A stretch of 64,000 bases of DNA from a bacterium (lineage in GTDB: Bacteria; Patescibacteriota; Minisyncoccia; UBA6257; JAGOQP01), in contig JAKAHY010000003.1 in the NCBI GenBank assembly GCA_021814695.1, positions 20,692 through 84,691 on the forward strand, given 5' to 3'. The notes below the pieces were generated by a model that was not told where the DNA came from, ran no database searches, and saw only the letters and a list, made by a program, of their open reading frames with translations. Numbering within the stretch: the first letter of the stretch is position 1; every line of letters starts with the position of its first letter. The position numbers and the translations under genes are program-made. Positions 48,673 to 57,092 of this stretch are shown here, in pieces.

Positions 48673-49785
48673 ATGAAATTCGTCATCTTTATGATACCTG
48701 GGCTGGCTTTTATTGCGGCGGCAAGCTGGCTGATTTATCTTTCAATTGTAAAGTGTTTTTCGATTCAGGCACTCTCGGGGAAGTTGATTGTGGCGGTAGT
48801 ATTGTTTTCCATTATTTTTGGATTCTTTGTAATGTCGGCTATCTCGCGGGCTTATGAAAGTCCGCTGATAAAATATCTTTATCTGATATTTGCCGTGCTG
48901 GTGGGGGTAACGATTTTTGCGTTTTTTGCATCGGTTATCGGATGGATTGTAATAGGCCTTGCAAAGTTGTCGGGAATATCAGCCACGCCTCATATTGTAA
49001 TGATCATAATGATGATCCTGGCGATTATTTTTTCGGGATATAACATCTGGAACGCTTATAATCTGAAAGTAACCGACATTAACGTTCCAATCAGAAACCT
49101 TCCGGATTATTGGAAAGGCAAGACGATAGTCCAGATTTCGGATGTCCATCTGGGGAATGTCCACGGGGTAGCGTTTTTAAATAAGATAGTGGATATGGCC
49201 AACGCCCAAAAACCGGACATTATTGCCATTACCGGAGATTTGTTCGACGGAATGGACGGAGATTTGGCGCCTTTTATCGGTCCGCTCAACAGGCTAAAGG
49301 CCAACGACGGAATCTTTTATATCAGCGGAAATCACGAATTATATCTTGGGCTCGATAAAGCTCTGGCGGTAATTAACCAAACAAAGATTCGGTTTATTGA
49401 TAATAAAATAGTTGATGATAACGGGCTTCAGATAATCGGAATTGGATACGGCCAGGATATGGTGGCACAGGATATCAGAAAAATAATTACTTCAAATCCG
49501 GATTACAATGCGTCTATGCCCAGCGTCCTTTTGTATCACATTCCGCTTCCCAGCCAGATTGAAGTGGCTAAAGAAATGGGAATAGGGCTTTATCTGGCCG
49601 GCCATACTCATGTGGGACAGATGTTTCCGTTCGATTTCATAACCCACATAGTTTATAAGGGATACGATTATGGCATTCATCGGGAAGGGGATTTCACCGA
49701 ATATACATCAAGCGGGGCCGGTACTTGGGGCCCGCCGATGAGAAGCGGAAATACTCCAGAGATTGTTGTCGTTCATTTGCAATAA
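48673..49785 (+). CDS. Membrane-anchored metallophosphoesterase (YkuE/YaeI-like)
   Basis: SDVH, TGDLFD, GNHE, GHTH.GQ, WGPPMR. Confidence 0.92.
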   Translation: MKFVIFMIPGLAFIAAASWLIYLSIVKCFSIQALSGKLIVAVVLFSIIFGFFVMSAISRAYESPLIKYLYLIFAVLVGVTIFAFFASVIGWIVIGLAKLSGISATPHIVMIIMMILAIIFSGYNIWNAYNLKVTDINVPIRNLPDYWKGKTIVQISDVHLGNVHGVAFLNKIVDMANAQKPDIIAITGDLFDGMDGDLAPFIGPLNRLKANDGIFYISGNHELYLGLDKALAVINQTKIRFIDNKIVDDNGLQIIGIGYGQDMVAQDIRKIITSNPDYNASMPSVLLYHIPLPSQIEVAKEMGIGLYLAGHTHVGQMFPFDFITHIVYKGYDYGIHREGDFTEYTSSGAGTWGPPMRSGNTPEIVVVHLQ

Positions 49786-49835
49786 GTTTTTTATTGCTTT
49801 TAATCATAAACAAATGCTGCCAAAGTCGGCAGCTA

Positions 49836-50046
49836 TTTTTATCACCCTTTGTTCCGGCAAAGGGTGATACCTAAACCGGCAAGTTTTATATATTCTCTCA
49901 ATTAAATCAAAACAAATATTTCGCTTTATCTTGAACTCGTCCTCACTTTGTTCGGACTCAAACAATCAAGACAATTCTCACTTTTTATGAAAAGTGAAAA
50001 ATCGCTTATATTTGCTTGATTTAATTATGCTCGCATATATAACTTG
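49836..50046. repeat. Structured repeat family, copy 3
   Basis: TATCACCCTTTG/CAAAGGGTGATA hairpin; long stem capped by AACTCG...CTCAAACA. Confidence 0.55.
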
Positions 50047-50215
50047 ATTGATAAGATGAGAGAGCAGAAACCAGTTTTTTAATACAAAAAAGCGCCTAAT
50101 TTTTCGGCGCATCACCTTTCACAATCAAAGATCGTTCGTTGCAATTCAAAAAGAGGCCATATTTGCCGATTCTTGTAAGGCTTGACAAATATATTCATTA
50201 TGCTATAATGCACTC

Positions 50216-50993
50216 GTATTGAAAATCAAATAAAAGGAGGGAGGTGAGTGGAGGCGCAAAAAAGCGCCAGCGTCCGAAACAACAACCGCTACTCGTCGAC
50301 CGCTAACCGACATCGTGTCGGTTCTCAGGGCCCGGACCGAAATCTTGCCCGTGGCCAGAGCCGATTATGACTACTGACCAATTGGTCAGAGTCAATCATG
50401 GCTTTTGGCCCAAGGCGGGGATTTGCGGCAAAGGGGTCCCGAACGCGGTAGTAAAGTCCATGGAGGGCACAATGCTTTAGACTAAGGCCTAAGGCCCAAT
50501 CCGACGACAGACGATCCGCCGAGCCTCCAAGCGCGCAAGGGGTGCGCGCTACTACATAAATGACCCCACGGAAAAAAACGTGAGCGGAGGAAAACACCGG
50601 ACCACCATCTGGCACAGAGTAAAGGACTCTGGATAGCCGGCAAACCGCCGCGCCCCAAGTTAAGACGACGAAGCGGCACAGGGGCGTGGCACGAGAGACG
50701 ACGGAGGAGCCACGAATGCATACACTCCGTAGACTCAACTCATAGAGGGATGAAGCGGCGCCTCTATGAGTAGCTGTCCGAACCCGGGAACGACAGGTTT
50801 CCCAGGGCGTGACGCCGCCGGTTAGGGAGAAGACGGAGCGCTCTCCCGCGTAAAAAATGCTCCAAAAGTACTTTGTGCCCCGGGGATAAATGGGCCAAAC
50901 CCTGGGTGGAACAGGCCTCGTAAGCGCGACCGCGTAAGTGTCCCGCAACCGGGAGCGTCCAGCAAGCAGTACGGACGCTCCTTTTTCTTTTTT
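50216..50993 (+). ncRNA. Candidate large structured ncRNA (~770 nt)
   Basis: TTGACA-16-TATAAT with extended TG (50182-50209); more than 10 GC-rich hairpins with A-rich linkers; terminator GGAGCGTCC/GGACGCTCC-TTTTT; no sense ORF of 60 aa or more. Confidence 0.65.
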
Positions 50994-51034
50994 AAATATT
51001 CACTAATATTTTTTTATAATGATATAATTAGCTT

Positions 51035-51526
51035 ATGAGGAAATTGAGCTACATTATTATTCCGCTGATTGCTTTGGCTACCGCTTTATCCGGAGGATGG
51101 TTTACCGGAAAGGGAATGAGTTGGTATAAAACAATAAATCTTCCCGATTGGACTCCGCCGGGAAGCGTTATAGGATTTGTTTGGACGGTTATTTTTATAT
51201 TGACGGCAATTTCCGCGATTATCGTTTGGAATAAATCCGAAAGGACAAAAAAATTCAAATGGGTCGTGGCTCTTTTTATAGTTAACATTTTTCTTAATGT
51301 CGGATGGAGCTTGGTATTTTTCTTTCAGCATCAGATCGGAGCGGCCGTTATGGATGCGTTTGCTCTCTGGCTCTCGGTGCTTCTTTTGATTCTTTATATG
51401 CGCATAATGGCTCATCAACAGGGAAAGATGGCGCTGTATTGGGCTTACATCGCATTGCTGCCGTATTTGATTTGGACAACTTTTGCCACATATCTGACCT
51501 ATGCCGTGTGGTTGTTAAACAAATAA
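51035..51526 (+). CDS. tspO: TspO/MBR tryptophan-rich sensory protein
   Basis: WY..INLPDWTPP...G.VWT, LN..WS.VFF, LPYL.W..FATYL. Confidence 0.9.
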   Translation: MRKLSYIIIPLIALATALSGGWFTGKGMSWYKTINLPDWTPPGSVIGFVWTVIFILTAISAIIVWNKSERTKKFKWVVALFIVNIFLNVGWSLVFFFQHQIGAAVMDAFALWLSVLLLILYMRIMAHQQGKMALYWAYIALLPYLIWTTFATYLTYAVWLLNK

Positions 51527-51531
51527 AATTT

Positions 51532-51879
51532 ATGCTTAAACTCAAACGCGCATACGAACCAGCCCAAAGAGGAGACGGCTTTAGGGTTCTTGTGGATCGT
51601 CTTTGGCCCAGAGGAGTTAGTAAAGCAAAAGCTAAATTTGACTTGTGGCTTAAGGATGTAGGGCCAAGCACTCAGTTGAGAAAGTGGTTTGGCCACGATC
51701 CGAAACGATGGAAGGGGTTCGTTTCTCGGTATAATAAGGAATTGAAATCGAAAGTAGACGATTTTAAAATGCTTAAGGCTAAATCCAAAAGGGGAACCGT
51801 GACTTTGATATATGGTGCCAGGGACAGGGAGCATAATGAGGCATTGGTTATAAAAAAGAAAGTCGAAAAAATGAAATAA
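51532..51879 (+). CDS. DUF488/YeaO family protein
   Basis: KRAYE...DGFRVLVDRLWPRG...PS..LRKWF.HDP..W; HNEA. Confidence 0.92.
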   Translation: MLKLKRAYEPAQRGDGFRVLVDRLWPRGVSKAKAKFDLWLKDVGPSTQLRKWFGHDPKRWKGFVSRYNKELKSKVDDFKMLKAKSKRGTVTLIYGARDREHNEALVIKKKVEKMK

Positions 51880-51921
51880 AATAATTGTTGGACGGAATAT
51901 TAACGGGTACAATTGATAAAA

Positions 51922-52740
51922 ATGCTAAAGGAGCAGCACTCAAAACACAACAAGCATTTCAATATTATTTATCCGGCATCCACGGTACAAAAGCTGTATT
52001 CTATTTTTGTGACTCCGGTTATAGTCTTGGCGGTTATTTGGGTACTGATAAAAACATTTTCTTTATTTCCCGGAATTCCCAAAGTGGTTGACTATGAAAT
52101 AGTGGCAAAAGCATTCGGATATACCTTTTGGAGACTTTTAGTGGCATATGTTTTGGCGTTGATAGCATCCGTGCCGCTTGCGTTATGGGCAAACAAGAGC
52201 GATACAGCCGAAAGAATTTTATTACCGACGTTTGATATCATCCAGTCGATTCCGGTTCTGGCTTTTTTTCCGATAGTAATTGCGGTTTTCATACAATTTG
52301 GGATGTACAACGGAGCGGCGATATTCATACTTTTTCTGGCAATGCTCTGGAATATGGTTTTTAGTCTTATCGGGGGGCTAAGGTCAATTCCGGCCGATAT
52401 CAAATCCGCGGCTAGAGTTTTTGGCATAACCAAACTCTCTTATCTTAAAAAAATCCTGCTCCCGGCAAGCGTTCCTTATCTTGTTACCGGATCGCTTTTG
52501 GCGTGGGCTCAAGGGTGGAATATTATAATTGTCGCCGAAGTTTTACATACCTATATTCCCGGAGGTACCGCTTCCCAGGACCTTTTTGGAATCGGAAGTA
52601 TGCTGGTAAATGCGGCCGCCGGTTCCCAACAGGAGCTTTTTGTCGCGGCGATTGTGGCGATGGTTATCGGAATTGGGCTGATTAACTTTTTTGTTTGGCA
52701 AAAATTATTACACTATGCAGAACGATTCAAATTTGAATGA
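51922..52740 (+). CDS. ABC transporter permease (NitT/TauT family)
   Basis: DIIQSIPVLAFFP; EAA-like loop; WNIIIVAE. Confidence 0.85.
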   Translation: MLKEQHSKHNKHFNIIYPASTVQKLYSIFVTPVIVLAVIWVLIKTFSLFPGIPKVVDYEIVAKAFGYTFWRLLVAYVLALIASVPLALWANKSDTAERILLPTFDIIQSIPVLAFFPIVIAVFIQFGMYNGAAIFILFLAMLWNMVFSLIGGLRSIPADIKSAARVFGITKLSYLKKILLPASVPYLVTGSLLAWAQGWNIIIVAEVLHTYIPGGTASQDLFGIGSMLVNAAAGSQQELFVAAIVAMVIGIGLINFFVWQKLLHYAERFKFE

Positions 52741-53443
52741 CATTATAGTTTTTGAAAACGTTTCAAAAACATATCAGCCGCAAAATGATGTTGGAATAAA
52801 AAACGTCAGCTTTTCGGTTCACAAAGGAGAATTTTTATGCCTTATCGGCCCTTCGGGTTGCGGTAAATCGACGGTTCTTAAAATAATTACAGGGCTTGAA
52901 AAAGAAACCTCCGGAAAAGTAATCAAGCCGGAGAAAGTCTCTATGGTATTTCAAAACGGGGCGCTTTTTCCTTGGCTAACCGTTTATGAAAATGTCGCCA
53001 TTGCTCTCCAATCCGAAAATGTCCCCAAGGAAAATATCCAAAAAATGGCGATGAAGCATATCGAGATGATGGGTTTGGGGGAATTTACGAATAAATACCC
53101 CAGGGAACTTTCCGGAGGGCAGCGCCAAAGAGTTGGGATTGCCAGGGCGCTGGCGGTTGATCCGGCGGTGTTGTTATTGGACGAACCATTCTCGGCGTTG
53201 GATGCCAAGACGACCGATGAACTTCACCGGGACATACTTAAAGTATGGGCGGAAACAAAAAAGACCATAATAATGGTTTCTCATTTGATAGAAGAATCGG
53301 CAGCTCTGGCCGATAGAGTGTTGTTGATGAAAGACCAGACTATCGATTATGAATTTAAAATTACACTTCCTCATCCGCGCCACGAACAAGCAGCCGATTT
53401 TTTGAAGTTGATTAACGAGATTCGCAGGAGATTTTTTAGGTAA
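52715..53443 (+). CDS. ABC transporter ATP-binding protein (NitT/TauT family)
   Basis: GPSGCGKST, LFPWLTV.EN, LSGGQRQR, LLDEPFSALD. Confidence 0.92.
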   Translation: MQNDSNLNDIIVFENVSKTYQPQNDVGIKNVSFSVHKGEFLCLIGPSGCGKSTVLKIITGLEKETSGKVIKPEKVSMVFQNGALFPWLTVYENVAIALQSENVPKENIQKMAMKHIEMMGLGEFTNKYPRELSGGQRQRVGIARALAVDPAVLLLDEPFSALDAKTTDELHRDILKVWAETKKTIIMVSHLIEESAALADRVLLMKDQTIDYEFKITLPHPRHEQAADFLKLINEIRRRFFR

Positions 53444-53944
53444 TTAACCCAAAAGCCGTGAGGCGGCGACTATAATTGCTATGATAAGGATTTGGCTGGT
53501 CACCCCTAAAACGAGGTGATTTTTAATTTCGTATTTTGTGTGGACCCATCGGTGAAATTTTTGAAGAGAGCGAAACGGCTCTATTTTAAGTTTCCAATAT
53601 ACAAACTGAAGGGCGTCGGGAAGCATTCCTCCAAGAGCTCCTAAAATTAAAATAGAAGCCTGATAATCGGACTTGGGGCTAAACAGCCAGACACTCAGGG
53701 CTATCCCAGCCGCAAAATCAATAAATATTTTTGAAATATCTATAATGAATTTTTTTCCAAAAACCATATCTCCGTTAAGCGGGTCGGAAGGATTGTTTTC
53801 GTGTGAAAGCAGTCTGTAGTTCCAATGGGGAATGGCATCCAATACGAAGTGACTTAAAAAAGCGGCAATGAATGCTGCTGCCGGATTTGAAGGAAAAAGT
53901 CTTGCCGCCGCCGCTCCGGCGATGGCGTGAGTCATTAATATCAT
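53444..53944 (-). CDS. Membrane protein, putative metal-dependent hydrolase-like
   Basis: MTHA, SHFVLDAIPH, LPD, FH.WVH. Confidence 0.65.
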   Translation of the reverse strand: MILMTHAIAGAAAARLFPSNPAAAFIAAFLSHFVLDAIPHWNYRLLSHENNPSDPLNGDMVFGKKFIIDISKIFIDFAAGIALSVWLFSPKSDYQASILILGALGGMLPDALQFVYWKLKIEPFRSLQKFHRWVHTKYEIKNHLVLGVTSQILIIAIIVAASRLLG

Positions 53945-54006
53945 TGAGTAAAGTATATCGCCCAAATATCTGGCAATCAAGAAGATTAGTTATTATAATT
54001 GATTAA

Positions 54007-54549
54007 ATGGAAGGTTATACTATCGCTCTGGGAACTATTTCCGAACGCGAGTTGGAATATCTGAACGAAATTTTAAACGAACTGAATATAAATTCTTTTG
54101 TAGTATCCGTTGAGGCCGACAGCCTAGTTTCAAATCAACCGATTTCATCGGACGAAACCAAAAAAGGATCTTTAAACAGGGCGCGTCATGCATTCCGCAT
54201 AGCCAAAGAACATGGCGAGGGCCAAATTTTAGGCGTTGGAATCGAAGTGGGATACGATAAAAATCGATTCGGCCGATACGAGGTTTTATCTTGGGCATCT
54301 ATTGTGGACGGCAAAGGAAAAGAAATTTCCAAAAAATCGCATTCGTTTCAAATCCCTCTTTTTTTCAACCACGCACTGGAGTCGGGAGAGCATATTTCCG
54401 ATTATGTGGATGAGTATGTCAGTAAAAGAAAGACCGGAGAAGAAAAAATAGTGGCCCATCTTATAAACAACCGGCGCCCGTTTATTGTAGGCGCAACCAG
54501 GGCCGCCTTTGTCCATTATTTACTGGATAAAAAAACTTCCAATAAATGA
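54007..54549 (+). CDS. YjjX/DUF84-like protein (paralog 2)
   Basis: VSNQP....ETKKGSLNRARHAF, GIEVGY; clearly similar to the 45252 ORF. Confidence 0.78.
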   Translation: MEGYTIALGTISERELEYLNEILNELNINSFVVSVEADSLVSNQPISSDETKKGSLNRARHAFRIAKEHGEGQILGVGIEVGYDKNRFGRYEVLSWASIVDGKGKEISKKSHSFQIPLFFNHALESGEHISDYVDEYVSKRKTGEEKIVAHLINNRRPFIVGATRAAFVHYLLDKKTSNK

Positions 54550-54556
54550 GAGTCGG

Positions 54557-55588
54557 CTATTGAGTGCTGGATGGGCTGCTTGTCGAGTAATCCGAACGAT
54601 AAGTGCTGAATCCGTTCCATAAAGCCCATCCGGTACATCCGGCATCGGTGCAGGCTCTTATTTGAGCATCTATATCCTGCGGAGTGTAATCCATAAGTTT
54701 CCAGGGAGAAATAGATTCAATGTTGAATGCCTGAATCCACGAACGCAGGCTCGCTATTCTTTTCGGGTCGTCTTTTACTTTTGCCCAACCGGCAGTAAGA
54801 GCTTGAAACACGGTTTGATAAGGTTCGGTTCCCGGATGTTTTATCCCGAAAGTTCCCAGAGCCCAATGCGATGGGTAGGGCATCGGCATTATATAATCAA
54901 AATTCTGGGCAGCGTCTTCCAGGCTTTGGCCGATTCCGGCTTCGGGATTGATAAATGTTGTTCCGAAAATATCGGCCGAAATGGGAAATCCATATTTTTG
55001 CCTTACTTCTTTATTAAGAAACTCAAAGAAAGCCTGAATCGTGGGACGTCTTTGTTCGATGGGGGTTTGGCTTTGAGCTTCGGTCGGACCGCCGTAACGG
55101 ACATAGTCGTAATTGATTTCGTCAAAACCCAAATCGTAAGCGGATTTTGAAGTAGTGGCTATCTGGTCCCAACGCTCTCTGGAAGCCGGATCATACCAGG
55201 ATTTTTCTCCGTTTTTGAAAGCCACAATTCTGCCTATGAGATAAATGTTTTTATCGTGCAATCCCGACAGAATTCCTTTTACCTTTTCGTTATTTATGTC
55301 AAAAAGTCCGGATCCGTCGGAACGGACATCTATTACGAGCGAATTGAATTCATTCTTCTCCAAATTCGATATAACCTCCTGTAATTTTTTAGGGGATTCA
55401 AAGGAGTAGAAGGTAACATACAAAGCTTTGACTACGGCCGGCGTTGCAATATGAATAACCTTAATTTCTTTTACGACCGGTTGTTCTGTCGGGGTGGTTG
55501 CCGAAAGATTAATGGTATTGTGAACAGTAAAAAAAGCCGTTCCGGCCAGAATGAAAACCGCGGCAATTGTGGCATATAACTTAAACAT
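54557..55588 (-). CDS. Putative glycoside hydrolase (DUF4015-like TIM barrel)
   Basis: NSLVIDV, GFDEINYDYVRY, ISADIFG, GIGQ, PMPYPSH, WIQAF, WALWN. Confidence 0.8.
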   Translation of the reverse strand: MFKLYATIAAVFILAGTAFFTVHNTINLSATTPTEQPVVKEIKVIHIATPAVVKALYVTFYSFESPKKLQEVISNLEKNEFNSLVIDVRSDGSGLFDINNEKVKGILSGLHDKNIYLIGRIVAFKNGEKSWYDPASRERWDQIATTSKSAYDLGFDEINYDYVRYGGPTEAQSQTPIEQRRPTIQAFFEFLNKEVRQKYGFPISADIFGTTFINPEAGIGQSLEDAAQNFDYIMPMPYPSHWALGTFGIKHPGTEPYQTVFQALTAGWAKVKDDPKRIASLRSWIQAFNIESISPWKLMDYTPQDIDAQIRACTDAGCTGWALWNGFSTYRSDYSTSSPSSTQ

Positions 55589-55627
55589 GCTTTAGATAGA
55601 TATTACCACGTGTTTTTTACTTTACAA

Positions 55628-55760
55628 ACCCCACACCTTTTCTCAGCTCGAGCGAAGCTCGAAAAAAAACAAAGTTTTATAATTTGTTTACCAATAAACT
55701 TTATTTGGCAGTCATCAAAAACAGAGGATTTATGATATTGGCTTAGATAAGGTGCGGGGT
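55628..55760. mobile_element. MITE-like element, degenerate copy
   Basis: ACCCCACACCTTTTCTCAGC ... GCTTAGATAAGGTGCGGGGT (17/20 inverted match). Confidence 0.5.
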
Positions 55761-55794
55761 AAACCCCCCGCGCAAAAAGTGATATAATACAATT

Positions 55795-55962
55795 ATGGAA
55801 AAAAGGACGTGTAAAAAATGTCACGGTCCGGCCGACGAATATATTTGCGAAAGATGCGGCCACGTGATGAAAGATTGCGACCCCAAGCACGAATGCGGAA
55901 TGGAGAATTGCCATCCTCGCTGTACCCAGTGCGGAAAGTCGGAAGAAAATTGCTCGTGCTAA
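55795..55962 (+). CDS. 55-aa Cys/His-rich metallothionein/zinc-finger-like protein (not in track)
   Basis: MEKRTCKKCHGPADEYICERCGHVMKDCDPKHECGMENCHPRCTQCGKSEENCSC*; TGATATAAT upstream. Confidence 0.72.
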   Translation: MEKRTCKKCHGPADEYICERCGHVMKDCDPKHECGMENCHPRCTQCGKSEENCSC

Positions 55963-56023
55963 GTAGTCGTATTGTGTCCGCTTAATGGCGGGCAGGGTTT
56001 ATTTTTGCCTTTTAAATTAATAT

Positions 56024-57070
56024 ATGAAAAATAAAGAATTGTTCATATCCTCTGAAGGAGAAACGAAAAAGGGCCCAAAGGAATATTTAGTGGATGAAAT
56101 TATGGCCGATAACGGAGTTTTTGACGACAGCTCTTACGATCTGGTAGTAAAATTTGCCAATGGCCAAAAACTTAATCCGGAAAGAACGGAAAAGGCCAGG
56201 GCAATAATTAGCGAATGGTGGCTTAACAAGTATGGATTTCCATTTGAACTAAAAACGGAGAGAGAAGAGGTATTGAGAAGAAAATACGGCCCCAGCAAGG
56301 AAATGCGCGATTCGGTTTTATTACAAGAGGAGTTGCTTAACGCCATAAAAGAACAGGATAAGGATAAGATTCAGAAATTAAAAATAAAGTACACAAAAGA
56401 ATTCCCCGATCAGTTGGAAGGCGTTGAGGTTCTTTTTGCCTTGCCTGAACTTCTTAAAAAAACCAAAAGTTTTAACAATCATGAAAAAGGAGTGAAATAC
56501 ACTCCCGAAACTTTCAGGGATTTATGTGAAAGCCAATTTCTTGTTACGCATTTTATTTTACTAAACAGTGGCGACAAACCGTTTCTGAGTCAGTTTTGGC
56601 AGGTTATGGAATTTATCGCCGAAAGAGACGGAACCAAACACGAACTCAACATAATAAGAAGAGGCATTGTAAGCCAGGTTTCGGTTGACCTGATTCTCAA
56701 GGAGTTGGGGATGGCTCCACAACTTTCTCATCCAAGAGAGGACGCTTTTGAAAAGACCGATATGTGGATTGAAAATAAAACCCGGGTTCAGGTTAAGGGA
56801 AGTGAATATATTTCGGAGCCGGCCATAATCAGTACGGATGAAGTGGTTTTTCCCGGAGTAGTCACAAAAGAACCCAATCAAGAGACTTATTTTAATTCCA
56901 AATTTTCCTATGAAACGGCACAATTTAGGGCAAAAATAAAAAAAATAAATCCCAAATCAGAGGGAATATTCTTTGTGATCCCGACTCATATGATAGATTT
57001 CGTTACCGGCCAGCCGGACGAAAAGCTTGTGGATTTTTTCAGGAAAAAAATGGAAGAAAGAAAAAAATAA
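56024..57070 (+). CDS. Hypothetical protein, possible PD-(D/E)XK-like C-terminus
   Basis: EDAFEKTDMW...VQVK motif. Confidence 0.6.
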   Translation: MKNKELFISSEGETKKGPKEYLVDEIMADNGVFDDSSYDLVVKFANGQKLNPERTEKARAIISEWWLNKYGFPFELKTEREEVLRRKYGPSKEMRDSVLLQEELLNAIKEQDKDKIQKLKIKYTKEFPDQLEGVEVLFALPELLKKTKSFNNHEKGVKYTPETFRDLCESQFLVTHFILLNSGDKPFLSQFWQVMEFIAERDGTKHELNIIRRGIVSQVSVDLILKELGMAPQLSHPREDAFEKTDMWIENKTRVQVKGSEYISEPAIISTDEVVFPGVVTKEPNQETYFNSKFSYETAQFRAKIKKINPKSEGIFFVIPTHMIDFVTGQPDEKLVDFFRKKMEERKK

Positions 57071-57092
57071 TCCCCCCGGTTGGGGAGTTTTA

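Noticed and set aside
50325-50948. 207-aa minus-strand ORF (and nested 79-aa ORF)
   Set aside because: Antisense to a clear promoter-terminator unit, no SD, no motifs; open frames are expected in GC-rich sequence
55810-55824. CxxCH (CKKCH) as a c-type heme site
   Set aside because: No export signal and many additional Cys; zinc or other metal binding is more plausible
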